A stretch of 64,000 bases of DNA. Source: Escherichia phage T5_ev219. The DNA lies in the sequence record NC_134263.1; one strand, 5' to 3'. The translations under genes were made by a program, and so were the position numbers. This document shows positions 34,713 through 44,195 of the stretch, piece after piece; the stretch's first letter is position 1, and each line of letters starts with the position of its first letter. Under the pieces are notes generated by a model, which was given only the letters and a program-made list of their open reading frames with translations, had not been told where the DNA came from and did not search any database.

Positions 34713-35492
34713 ATGAAAATCGAAATTCCAACACAATGTCCCTCTTGTGGTTCTAAGCTAGATCTTGTCAACGGACAATTATTCTGTCGTAATAAGTCCA
34801 ACTGTCCAGCGCAATCAAGTAAGTTAATTGAGAACTTCTGTTCAAAAATGAAGTTAAAGGGTTTTGGCCCAAAAACTATTGAGAAGCTGGAGCTGACGAA
34901 GATTTCAGAACTATTTTACCTAACCGAAGAAGATTTGGTTAGAGCCGTGGGTAGCAAGGTTGCCGCTAAGTTAATTAGCGAATTAAATACTAAAGTTCGC
35001 GGAGACATTGACTTTGGTTCAGTTCTCGGTTCTTTAGGAATCCCTCTAATCGGAGAGGTTGCAGCAAAGAAATTATCCCAAAATTGCACTAGCTTCCACG
35101 ATGTGAAGGCTGACGGCAAGGCTGGAGAAAACTATAAAGCCTGGCTAAATTCCCCACAGGGCAAGGATGTTATCGAATTACCGTGGAAATTCACAACTGG
35201 TATTAAAGGTGCTAAAGCTGAGGTCATCATCACTGATGGTCTAGTAGCCCAACCAAACGGAATAACGGTATGTATTACCGGATCTTTGCAAGATTTTGCA
35301 AATAGAACGGATGCAACAAACTATTTAGAAGGTCTAGGATATACGGTTAAGAAATCCGTTACCAAAGACGTCAAATACCTAATCTGTGAGGATGAATCTA
35401 AGCGTTCTTCCTCATCTTATAAGAAAGCCGAAACGAATGGGATAGAAATCCTGTCGATTAAAGAACTATTGGAGAAAAATAATAATGTCTAA
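34713..35492 (+). CDS. ligB: NAD-dependent DNA ligase C-terminal part (Zn finger, HhH, BRCT; subunit B)
   Basis: CPSCGSKL...C..C Zn finger, helix-hairpin-helix GFGPKTIEKL / LGIPLIGEVAAKKL, BRCT-like ITVCITGSL. Confidence 0.75.
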   Translation: MKIEIPTQCPSCGSKLDLVNGQLFCRNKSNCPAQSSKLIENFCSKMKLKGFGPKTIEKLELTKISELFYLTEEDLVRAVGSKVAAKLISELNTKVRGDIDFGSVLGSLGIPLIGEVAAKKLSQNCTSFHDVKADGKAGENYKAWLNSPQGKDVIELPWKFTTGIKGAKAEVIITDGLVAQPNGITVCITGSLQDFANRTDATNYLEGLGYTVKKSVTKDVKYLICEDESKRSSSSYKKAETNGIEILSIKELLEKNNNV

Positions 35493-36252
35493 ACTGAACT
35501 GGAACGTAGAAGGTGTAACCGAGTCTCTGAAAGCAAAAGCCACTGCTCTGGGTGTTGCTGTAATCTCTCAAGAACAAGTAGCGGCTATCGCTGCTGAACT
35601 GGCTGCTGAAACTGGCAAAGACGTTACCGCTCGCTCTGTTGGCTCTAAGCTGCGCAAAGAAGGTTTCGAAGTACAGAAAGCTAACGAAGTACAGAAATCC
35701 CCGTGGACTCCTGAGCAGGAAGCTGAACTGGTTGATTTCCTGAACGCTCATGCTGGTCAGTATACTTATGCTGAAATCGCTGCTGCTGTAGCTGGTGGTC
35801 AGTTTGGTGCTAAGCAGGTACAGGGTAAGATCCTGAGTCTGGAAATGACAGCATCTGTTAAGCCGACCGAAAAAGCTGCTGCTGTTCGTTCCTTCACTCC
35901 TGATGAAGAAACTGATTTTGTTAATCAGGTTGTTGCTGGTGCTACTATTGAAGCTATCGCTGCTCACTTCGGTCGTAATATCAAGCAGATCCGTGGTAAA
36001 GCTCTGAGTCTGCTTCGCGAAGGTCGTATCGCTGCTATGCCGGTACAGGAAACTTCAAGTGCTAAAACTCGTGAAGATCTGTTAGAAGGTCTGGATCTGG
36101 CTAACATGACTGTTGCTGAGATCGCTGAGAAAACTGGTAAGTCTGAGCGCGGTGTTAAATCTATGCTGTCTCGTCGTGGTCTGGTTGCTAAGGACTATGA
36201 TGGTGCCGCTAAGCGTGCTAAATTGGATGCAAAAGCTGCGGCTGCTGAATAA
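35485..36252 (+). CDS. putative DNA-binding protein with four internal repeats of about 35 aa
   Basis: Repeats ...AIAAELAAETGKDVTARSVGSKLRKEG / TYAEIAAAVAGGQFGAKQVQGKILSL / TIEAIAAHFGRNIKQIRGKALSL / TVAEIAEKTGKSERGVKSMLSRRG; strongly optimised codons. Confidence 0.55.
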   Translation: MSKLNWNVEGVTESLKAKATALGVAVISQEQVAAIAAELAAETGKDVTARSVGSKLRKEGFEVQKANEVQKSPWTPEQEAELVDFLNAHAGQYTYAEIAAAVAGGQFGAKQVQGKILSLEMTASVKPTEKAAAVRSFTPDEETDFVNQVVAGATIEAIAAHFGRNIKQIRGKALSLLREGRIAAMPVQETSSAKTREDLLEGLDLANMTVAEIAEKTGKSERGVKSMLSRRGLVAKDYDGAAKRAKLDAKAAAAE

Positions 36253-36269
36253 TCTGGTAAATTAAACCT

Positions 36270-36304
36270 AAGGGGAGGGGGCTATGCTCCTTCCCCTTTT
36301 TGCA
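36270..36304 (+). terminator. rho-independent terminator
   Basis: Hairpin AAGGGGAGG...CTCCTTCCCCTT followed by TTTTGCATTT. Confidence 0.65.
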
Positions 36305-36337
36305 TTTAGAAGGCACGAAAGCGTGCAAAGGAGAATG

Positions 36338-37807
36338 ACCTTGTTTAACGTGCAAGCTGTAGTGTTGAAGATGCTTCTAGCTTCAGAACAGAAGCAAATA
36401 GCATTGGAAACATTCTCAAAACTGCATAAAGATCATTTTAATGACGCTTTCTCCTCAATTTACCAAGCCGTCCAGAATTATTATAAAAAATATAACACAA
36501 TGCCGTCCATTGACGCACTGATGCTTGAGGCTAATAGGAACGCCCGCCTTTCTCAAGCTCTAGTCGTTTTAGCTAACACTCAAATTCCAGAAGTTAGCAT
36601 GGAACAGGCACTTGAAGTCCTAGAGGCCGAGTATACACAGGATTTATTCCTGAAGCTTCTAGAAACAGACGTGCTTCAAGATTTAACAATGCTGGATCAG
36701 GGAGAAATTCTTAACCGAGTTGCCTCCCTTCACTTAAAATTAGAAGAGAAAGTAACGAATACTGGAAAAGTATTCAACGCAGATAACATGCGTATTTTCC
36801 AGAGAGAAGAAGATACCAAACTGAACTTAATCGCTCTTGGTATTTGTAATGAGTTCGACGCTCAAATTGGTTTAGCTCGCACAGAAACGTTACTGCTTGG
36901 TGGTTGGCGTGGTACTGGTAAATCCATTATCTGTTCAAACATACAGGTTCAGCAATATTTGAATGGAGATATTGCTCCATACTTCTCAATTGAGATGAAA
37001 GAACATGAAGTATTTAGACGTAATCTAGCCATGTTAGCTGGTGTATCAGCACTAGCAATGCGTAATAATACTCTAGAAGGTGCAGCTCTGTTGAGATTAG
37101 CCAGAACTAGAGCTAGGATGTTTAACGGTGGTGAAGAGCTTTTCGATAACTTCGTTAAACAGTACACAATGGCTAAGATGAGTGATTTCTACGATATGGA
37201 AAGTAAGCTAATAGAAGGGTATGAACTACATACTCCTATGATTATTGTTTATGATCCTGAGCTGTCTATTACAACAGTTGACGTAGAATTAAATAAATTA
37301 GTTGCTAGATATGGTGATAAAGTTACAGTAGCTTTACTTGACTATATTAACCAAACCCGACTTCCAGATTCTAAAACCATTGATATGTATGACTGGAAAG
37401 AACAGATGGTTGTTAGCTCGTCTTTCAAATCTATCTGCCAGAAACATAACGTGGCTGGTGTAGCTCCTTACCAGATTGATCAAGATGGTAGAACACGTAT
37501 GTCAAAGGGGATTCTTGATTCCGCAGACATGGCTGCTAATCTTAATGCTGCAAAAGCTGATAATGGTCAAGGTGCTATTATGTTTGACTTCGTTAAGACT
37601 CGTTCTTCTGATAGTGTGAAGTTTATGCCTAAAATGAACTGGGAAACCCTACGGATGGATAACACTACCAACCTAGCAATGGAAGATATATCTCAAATGG
37701 AAGCTGAGTTCGTTATCCCTATTGAGAAGGATAAGCCGGCTCAATCTAAACGTGCTAAGAAAGACAAAGCTGAAAATTCAACAGGTGAACAGGCCAGCGA
37801 TATATGA
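36338..37807 (+). CDS. DnaB-like replicative helicase (RecA-fold ATPase)
   Basis: Walker A GGWRGTGKS, Walker B IIVYDPEL; start moved to MTLFNVQ (RBS AAAGGAGA) because the ORF-track start lies in the terminator. Confidence 0.65.
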   Translation, partial: TLFNVQAVVLKMLLASEQKQIALETFSKLHKDHFNDAFSSIYQAVQNYYKKYNTMPSIDALMLEANRNARLSQALVVLANTQIPEVSMEQALEVLEAEYTQDLFLKLLETDVLQDLTMLDQGEILNRVASLHLKLEEKVTNTGKVFNADNMRIFQREEDTKLNLIALGICNEFDAQIGLARTETLLLGGWRGTGKSIICSNIQVQQYLNGDIAPYFSIEMKEHEVFRRNLAMLAGVSALAMRNNTLEGAALLRLARTRARMFNGGEELFDNFVKQYTMAKMSDFYDMESKLIEGYELHTPMIIVYDPELSITTVDVELNKLVARYGDKVTVALLDYINQTRLPDSKTIDMYDWKEQMVVSSSFKSICQKHNVAGVAPYQIDQDGRTRMSKGILDSADMAANLNAAKADNGQGAIMFDFVKTRSSDSVKFMPKMNWETLRMDNTTNLAMEDISQMEAEFVIPIEKDKPAQSKRAKKDKAENSTGEQASDI

Positions 37808-38334
37808 TAACACAGGAACGACTAAAAGAACTGTTTGACTACTCCCCAGAGACTGGGGAGTTTACTAGAAAAGTATCTAGAGGCAATCAGAAAGCTGGTA
37901 GTATTGCGGGTACTCTAGATAGTGGATACATACGGATAAAGGTAGATAGAAAATTATACTTTGCACACCAACTAGCCTTCCTATATATGGAAGGATATAT
38001 GCCAGAGGAAGTAGACCATATTAATCGAATTACTTGGGATAATAGATGGATTAATATTAGGCCATCCACCCGGCAAGAAAATAGCAGAAATAAAACAGCT
38101 AGAAGTAAATCTGGATACTTGGGAGTTTTCTGGTTTAAGCGGGATCACAAATGGCATGTAAGAGTAGTAAATTCTATGGGAGAAAAAGTTCACGGTGGGC
38201 TCTTTAATTACGCAGATCTAAAGCTTGCAGTCACTAAAGCCAATGAACTACGTCTACAATTACATGGAGAAAATGCTGTTCAAGAGATCTTTGATCCAAC
38301 TAAGTATCCTTCACTGGAGGAGTTAAATTCATGA
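37804..38334 (+). CDS. HNH homing endonuclease, copy 2
   Basis: Paralog of 15203..15751 (LAFLYMEG...VDHINR...DNRWINIR...SGYLGVFW); overlaps helicase stop and primase start by 4 nt each. Confidence 0.75.
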   Translation: MITQERLKELFDYSPETGEFTRKVSRGNQKAGSIAGTLDSGYIRIKVDRKLYFAHQLAFLYMEGYMPEEVDHINRITWDNRWINIRPSTRQENSRNKTARSKSGYLGVFWFKRDHKWHVRVVNSMGEKVHGGLFNYADLKLAVTKANELRLQLHGENAVQEIFDPTKYPSLEELNS

Positions 38335-39221
38335 GTAGAATAACAGAATTACTTGATCTTAAGGGAATTGAGTATAAAGATACTGGTGGAGATATTTTAA
38401 TCTGTTGCTTAAATCCAGATCATGACGATAAACACCCAAGTTTGCGTATTGACCCTGAAACAGGTATTATGCACTGCTTGAGTTGTGGCTTCGGTAAAGG
38501 TATACCGAGCATTTACCATTATTTTAATGAGACTCAGTACCGACAGTCCCCAAGGCTATCGCAAGTACGTAAAAAGATTTCAGAGATTAGGAATGGATCA
38601 ACGAATCTTGCAATTCCTGAATCTGCTTGCCTTTTCGAAGGTGATTTCCGAGGTATAAGTTCTAAGACCTTGAAGAAATATTTTGCTTTCCAACACCAAG
38701 CAGACTGGGAAGGCAGAATTGTATTCCCAATCACAGATGCTGTTGGACGCAATATCCTATTTTTGGGTCGTTCTATAAACAGTTCTGCCCCTCCTAAATA
38801 CTTAGTAAAACCAAAACAAGTTTCACCGCCAATTTTTCCTGTACGATATAATACTCCAGTTCTTATTCTAGTTGAAGGCATCTTTGATATGCTGAACCTA
38901 GAGGATAATGGTATAGACTATACTTCTTGCTGCTTTGGTACACACCAGTTTACTTCGGATAACATTGCAGATAAGTTCAGTCCTTATATTATTGCCGGTG
39001 TAAAAGTTGTTGTTATCTTACTAGATAATGATGCTTCTGGTAATAAAGCTGCCCAGGCGCTAGCAAAATTAATTAGTACAAAAACGCGTTTAACACCTGT
39101 AGTTGCTAACTTTCTTCTGCCTGAAGGTAAAGACCCTGGTGACTTAAATAAAGAAGAGATTGATATGTTAGCAAAACGTATTGAAATTTTAGTTGCTGAA
39201 TCGCTTAAAGATTTGGTATAA
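38331..39221 (+). CDS. DNA primase (DnaG-like, Zn finger plus TOPRIM)
   Basis: Zn-binding CCLNPDHDDKHPS...HCLSCG, TOPRIM LVEGIFD and LLDNDASG. Confidence 0.8.
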   Translation: MSRITELLDLKGIEYKDTGGDILICCLNPDHDDKHPSLRIDPETGIMHCLSCGFGKGIPSIYHYFNETQYRQSPRLSQVRKKISEIRNGSTNLAIPESACLFEGDFRGISSKTLKKYFAFQHQADWEGRIVFPITDAVGRNILFLGRSINSSAPPKYLVKPKQVSPPIFPVRYNTPVLILVEGIFDMLNLEDNGIDYTSCCFGTHQFTSDNIADKFSPYIIAGVKVVVILLDNDASGNKAAQALAKLISTKTRLTPVVANFLLPEGKDPGDLNKEEIDMLAKRIEILVAESLKDLV

Positions 39222-39283
39222 TATATTGGTAAGTTAGAGAAGAAACACTGAAGTTATACTTACTTACCAAGAGGAGATTAAAT

Positions 39284-41851
39284 TTGAAAATCGCAGTAGT
39301 TGATAAAGCTCTAAATAACACTCGTTATGATAAACATTTCCAGCTATACGGCGAGGAAGTTGATGTATTCCATATGTGTAACGAGAAGTTATCCGGTCGT
39401 TTGCTCAAAAAGCATATTACTATCGGGACTCCGGAAAACCCATTTGACCCGAATGATTATGATTTTGTTATACTGGTAGGTGCCGAACCTTTTCTGTACT
39501 TCGCAGGTAAGAAAGGCATTGGTGACTATACTGGTAAACGCGTAGAGCATAATGGATATGCTAACTGGATTGCTAGTATCAGCCCAGCCCAGTTACACTT
39601 TAAGCCTGAAATGAAACCAGTTTTTGATGCAACAGTAGAGAGTATCCACGATATTATCAATGGTCGTGAGAAGGTTGCAAAAGCTGGTGATTACCGTCCT
39701 ATTACTGACCCTGACGAGGCGGAAGAATATATCAAGATGGTGTATAATATGGTTATCGGACCTGTCGCATTTGACTCCGAAACCTCAGCACTATACTGTC
39801 GAGATGGTTATCTGCTTGGTGTTTCTATGTCTCACCAAGAGTATCAGGGTGTATATATCGATTCTGATTGTCTCACAGAAGTTGCAGTATATTATCTCCA
39901 GAAAATTCTGGATAGTGAAAACCACACTATTGTTTTTCACAACTTGAAGTTTGATATGCACTTTTATAAGTACCATCTGGGACTTACTTTTGATAAAGCA
40001 CATAAAGAACGCAGGCTCCATGATACCATGTTGCAGCACTATGTTCTAGATGAACGTCGTGGTACTCATGGCTTGAAATCTCTAGCAATGAAGTATACCG
40101 ATATGGGTGACTATGACTTCGAACTAGATAAGTTCAAAGATGATTACTGCAAAGCACATAAAATCAAGAAAGAAGATTTCACCTATGATTTAATTCCGTT
40201 TGATATTATGTGGCCTTACGCTGCGAAAGATACAGATGCTACCATACGTTTACACAACTTCTTCTTACCAAAAATTGAGAAGAATGAAAAACTTTGTAGT
40301 CTGTACTATGATGTTTTGATGCCTGGTTGCGTATTCTTGCAACGTGTTGAGGATCGTGGAGTACCTATCTCTATTGATCGTTTGAAAGAAGCTCAGTATC
40401 AGTTAACTCATAACCTGAATAAAGCCCGTGAGAAACTGTATACTTATCCAGAAGTTAAACAGCTAGAACAAGATCAGAATGAAGCATTTAACCCGAACTC
40501 TGTTAAACAACTTCGTGTTCTTCTGTTCGATTATGTTGGTTTGACTCCAACTGGTAAGTTAACGGATACTGGTGCAGATTCTACAAACGCAGAAGCTCTG
40601 AATGAACTGGCTACGCAGCATCCAATTGCTAAAACTCTGCTAGAGATTCGTAAGCTGACTAAGCTAATCTCTACTTATGTTGAGAAGATTCTTCTGAGTA
40701 TTGATGCGGATGGTTGCATTCGTACTGGTTTTCATGAACATATGACTACTTCTGGTCGTCTGAGTTCTTCTGGTAAACTGAACCTGCAACAGTTACCTCG
40801 TGATGAATCTATCATTAAGGGTTGTGTAGTTGCACCACCTGGATACCGTGTAATCGCATGGGACTTAACAACTGCGGAAGTTTATTATGCTGCTGTTCTA
40901 TCTGGTGATAGAAATATGCAACAAGTATTTATCAACATGAGAAATGAACCTGATAAATACCCTGACTTCCACTCTAACATCGCCCACATGGTATTTAAAT
41001 TGCAATGTGAACCTCGTGATGTTAAGAAGCTGTTCCCAGCTCTACGTCAGGCAGCTAAGGCAATTACCTTTGGTATTTTGTATGGTTCTGGCCCGGCTAA
41101 AGTAGCACATTCTGTTAACGAAGCATTGCTCGAACAAGCATCCAAAACTGGTGAACCGTTTGTTGAATGTACTGTTGCAGATGCTAAAGAGTACATTGAG
41201 ACTTACTTTAGTCAATTCCCACAGCTTAAGCGTTGGATTGATAAGTGCCACGATCAGATCAAGAATCATGGATTTATCTATAGTCACTTTGGTCGCAAAC
41301 GTCGTCTACATAATATCCACTCCGAGGACCGTGGCGTTCAGGGTGAAGAAATTCGTTCTGGATTTAACGCAATCATTCAGTCTGCTTCTTCTGATAGTCT
41401 CCTTTTAGGTGCTGTAGATGCAGATAATGAGATCATTTCTCTTGGCCTAGAACAAGAGATGAAGATTGTTATGCTGGTTCATGACTCCGTAGTTGCTATT
41501 GTTCGTGAGGATTTGATCGACCAATACAATGAAATTCTGATTCGTAATATTCAGAAAGACCGTGGTATCAGTATTCCTGGCTGTCCAATTGGTATTGATT
41601 CAGATTCTGAAGCTGGAGGTTCTCGTGACTATTCTTGTGGTAAGATGAAGAAACAGCACCCATCAATCGCTTGTATTGATGATGACGAATATACTCGTTA
41701 CGTTAAAGAAATGCTACTTGACGCAGAGTTCGAGTATAAGAAACTAGCTGCAATGGATAAAGAGCATCCAGATCATAGCAAATACAAGGATGATAAGTTT
41801 ATTGCTGTATGCAAAGATCTGGATAACGTGAAAAGGATTCTCGGTGCTTAA
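39284..41851 (+). CDS. DNA polymerase, family A, with 3-prime to 5-prime exonuclease domain
   Basis: Exo I FDSETSALY, motif B KAITFGILYGSG, motif C LVHDSVV; TTG start with RBS GAGGAGA. Confidence 0.9.
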   Translation: MKIAVVDKALNNTRYDKHFQLYGEEVDVFHMCNEKLSGRLLKKHITIGTPENPFDPNDYDFVILVGAEPFLYFAGKKGIGDYTGKRVEHNGYANWIASISPAQLHFKPEMKPVFDATVESIHDIINGREKVAKAGDYRPITDPDEAEEYIKMVYNMVIGPVAFDSETSALYCRDGYLLGVSMSHQEYQGVYIDSDCLTEVAVYYLQKILDSENHTIVFHNLKFDMHFYKYHLGLTFDKAHKERRLHDTMLQHYVLDERRGTHGLKSLAMKYTDMGDYDFELDKFKDDYCKAHKIKKEDFTYDLIPFDIMWPYAAKDTDATIRLHNFFLPKIEKNEKLCSLYYDVLMPGCVFLQRVEDRGVPISIDRLKEAQYQLTHNLNKAREKLYTYPEVKQLEQDQNEAFNPNSVKQLRVLLFDYVGLTPTGKLTDTGADSTNAEALNELATQHPIAKTLLEIRKLTKLISTYVEKILLSIDADGCIRTGFHEHMTTSGRLSSSGKLNLQQLPRDESIIKGCVVAPPGYRVIAWDLTTAEVYYAAVLSGDRNMQQVFINMRNEPDKYPDFHSNIAHMVFKLQCEPRDVKKLFPALRQAAKAITFGILYGSGPAKVAHSVNEALLEQASKTGEPFVECTVADAKEYIETYFSQFPQLKRWIDKCHDQIKNHGFIYSHFGRKRRLHNIHSEDRGVQGEEIRSGFNAIIQSASSDSLLLGAVDADNEIISLGLEQEMKIVMLVHDSVVAIVREDLIDQYNEILIRNIQKDRGISIPGCPIGIDSDSEAGGSRDYSCGKMKKQHPSIACIDDDEYTRYVKEMLLDAEFEYKKLAAMDKEHPDHSKYKDDKFIAVCKDLDNVKRILGA

Positions 41852-42341
41852 TTTCAAATTGCCCGTCTATGCGTTACGGGCGTTTGTATCAATTGAGCAA
41901 GAAGGTGATTATTCCGTAATTACAACAAGATATAATAAATATGTGCTAGATAACAGGAAGTTGCCTGGCACGTTTTCTCAACGTAGGCTTATTCTATTTG
42001 AGAAACGGAAAGAATTACCATACAAGCTTTATCCTATTAGGGGTAGAATATCAATGTTGTCTCAATTAGTTGGGTCAAAGCGTAACCAATTTATAGATTC
42101 TGATGGAAATCTTATTAATTGGAAGAAAACTACGTTCTATGATGTTGTCACCTCTAAAGTTTTGCATTCAGCTAGAATTTATAATGGAAAATACCAATGC
42201 TATGTGGCTAAAGTTCCTTATCCATTTGTATTATCCTATGTTCCAGCTTATATAAGCTATATTCTGGTAAATAATAGCCCTGTTATTTATCAAGTCCATC
42301 AAGAGGAGCCTGAAATTCCTAGACTTAGAATAAAATTATGA
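41844..42341 (+). CDS. hypothetical protein (165 aa)
   Basis: ORF overlapping polymerase stop and helicase start. Confidence 0.5.
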   Translation: MLNFKLPVYALRAFVSIEQEGDYSVITTRYNKYVLDNRKLPGTFSQRRLILFEKRKELPYKLYPIRGRISMLSQLVGSKRNQFIDSDGNLINWKKTTFYDVVTSKVLHSARIYNGKYQCYVAKVPYPFVLSYVPAYISYILVNNSPVIYQVHQEEPEIPRLRIKL

Positions 42342-43690
42342 AGGTTGTTATATCTAATAAAGCCTATTTCAAGCCAGATGATGAACTTTGGGATTATTGT
42401 AGTAAGCAAACCACTTATCACATAGAGACAATGACTAGTAAATACCCTATTATGTATAAGAATAGTGGTGTTGTTGCCAAAGAGATTAAGTGGATTCCTA
42501 TTACGCGTCTGGACTTACTAGATGCTAAAGGAGTAAAATACGAATTAGTCGATAAACGCACATTAGCACCGGTAGATATACCAAAACCGTCGTTTAAACT
42601 GCGTGAAGAAGATCAGCTTCCAATATATGAAGAATGCGATGATACCTGTATTATTAATGGTAAGCCTGGGTTTGGTAAAACTATCCTAGCACTTGCACTT
42701 GCGTATAAATTTGGTCAGAAAACTTTGGTAATCTGTACGAATACATCCATTCGTGAAATGTGGGCGGCAGAAGTTCGTAAATGGTTTGGGTTTGAACCAG
42801 GCATCATAGGTTCTGGGAAATACAATATTGATCCACCAATTGTAGTCAGTAATATTCAAACAGTGAATAAACATGCGAATAATCTTTCTAAAGTATTCGG
42901 TACTGTTATAGTTGATGAAGTTCACCATTGTGTGGCTACAACTTTCACTAACTTCCTAGAAATATCATGTGCTCGCTATAAAATTGGACTATCTGGTACA
43001 CTAAAACGAAAAGATGGTTTACAAGTTATGTTCAAAGATTTCTTTGGATATAAGATATTTAGCCCACCGGTTAATAATACTGTTGCACCTACAATCCATA
43101 GGTACTCCGTGCCTGTTGAGCTATCAGGAAACCAAAACGTACCGTGGGCATTACGTGCTAATGATGTGTATAACCATCCTGAATATCGAGAGACTATTAT
43201 AAACCTAGCACATTTATATGTGAATATGGGACATAAGGTAATCATTGTAAGTGATAGAACAGAGTTAATCCAAACAGTACTAGAAGCTCTTACACAGCGT
43301 GGTGTTACAACCTATGAAATTATAGGAGCAACCCACTTAGATGACCGATTAAAAATTCAGGAAGATATAGCAAAAGGTGGACCTTGTGTACTTGCAGCAG
43401 CTCAAAGTATCTTCTCTGAAGGTATTTCCCTTAATGAGCTGTCTTGTTTAATAATGGGAAGCCTCATTAATAATGAATCTCTCATTGAACAGCTTGCAGG
43501 CCGTGTTCAACGTATTGTCGAGGGCAAACTCGACCCTATTGTTGTAGATCTAATCATGAAAGGTGGCACTGGACTAAGACAGGCTTCTGGACGTATGGCA
43601 GTATATCGTAACAACGGGTGGAAAACTATTACTATGACTCCGGAGAAAGCAGTTCAATTAGCTAAAATTGCATTTGGCAACAGCTCATAA
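42338..43690 (+). CDS. SF2 DNA helicase (DEAH-type)
   Basis: Walker A GKPGFGKT, Walker B DEVHH, motif VI QLAGRVQR. Confidence 0.8.
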   Translation: MKVVISNKAYFKPDDELWDYCSKQTTYHIETMTSKYPIMYKNSGVVAKEIKWIPITRLDLLDAKGVKYELVDKRTLAPVDIPKPSFKLREEDQLPIYEECDDTCIINGKPGFGKTILALALAYKFGQKTLVICTNTSIREMWAAEVRKWFGFEPGIIGSGKYNIDPPIVVSNIQTVNKHANNLSKVFGTVIVDEVHHCVATTFTNFLEISCARYKIGLSGTLKRKDGLQVMFKDFFGYKIFSPPVNNTVAPTIHRYSVPVELSGNQNVPWALRANDVYNHPEYRETIINLAHLYVNMGHKVIIVSDRTELIQTVLEALTQRGVTTYEIIGATHLDDRLKIQEDIAKGGPCVLAAAQSIFSEGISLNELSCLIMGSLINNESLIEQLAGRVQRIVEGKLDPIVVDLIMKGGTGLRQASGRMAVYRNNGWKTITMTPEKAVQLAKIAFGNSS

Positions 43691-43702
43691 ATGATGTATA
43701 AT
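43674..43702 (+). promoter_or_regulatory. sigma70-type promoter inside helicase 3-prime end
   Basis: TTGGCA 43674-43679, 17-bp spacer, TATAAT 43697-43702, conserved leader ATAAATTTGAGAGAG. Confidence 0.5.
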
Positions 43703-43773
43703 ATATACATAAATTTGAGAGAGAAAGTTTCGGATTGATAAGAAAGTCCGAAGCAGAAAAATAAAAATTTTAG

Positions 43774-43803
43774 TTGCTAAATTCTCTCGAAATCTAGTAT
43801 AAT
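43774..43803 (+). promoter_or_regulatory. sigma70-type early promoter
   Basis: TTGCTA 43774-43779, 18-bp spacer, TATAAT 43798-43803. Confidence 0.55.
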
Positions 43804-43910
43804 ATATACATAAATTCGAGGAGAAAACAAAAATTAAATTCTTCGATTATGAAAAGCTATACTTACTAGCTAGAGGAAATTCCGACCTAATTATTAAGCT
43901 ATTCAAAAGA

Positions 43911-44195
43911 ATGCTTACAGAGCCTGATGCTCACCAATTATTGGTCGGTTCCTCATTCATTTTGAATGAATCAACAATAGTTGATAATCCAAATAAATTG
44001 TCTAATAGACAACTGGCAGAATATCTAGGAATTTTAAGTCTACGAAATTATGCCGAATACAAGTTTACAAACGATCCTAGTTTGGACATACAATATGTTC
44101 CAGTATGGATACCACGTTTAGTAATCGACACTAACCCACTAATCGCAATTAACAAATCGAAATTAATCTTTAAAGAGGAAATAAAATATGGCTAA
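43911..44195 (+). CDS. hypothetical protein (94 aa)
   Basis: ORF; weak RBS. Confidence 0.4.
   Translation: MLTEPDAHQLLVGSSFILNESTIVDNPNKLSNRQLAEYLGILSLRNYAEYKFTNDPSLDIQYVPVWIPRLVIDTNPLIAINKSKLIFKEEIKYG

Noticed and set aside
36284-36337. ORF-track start of the DnaB-like helicase at 36284
   Set aside because: These codons lie inside the terminator hairpin of the preceding gene; the ATG at 36338 has a proper RBS.
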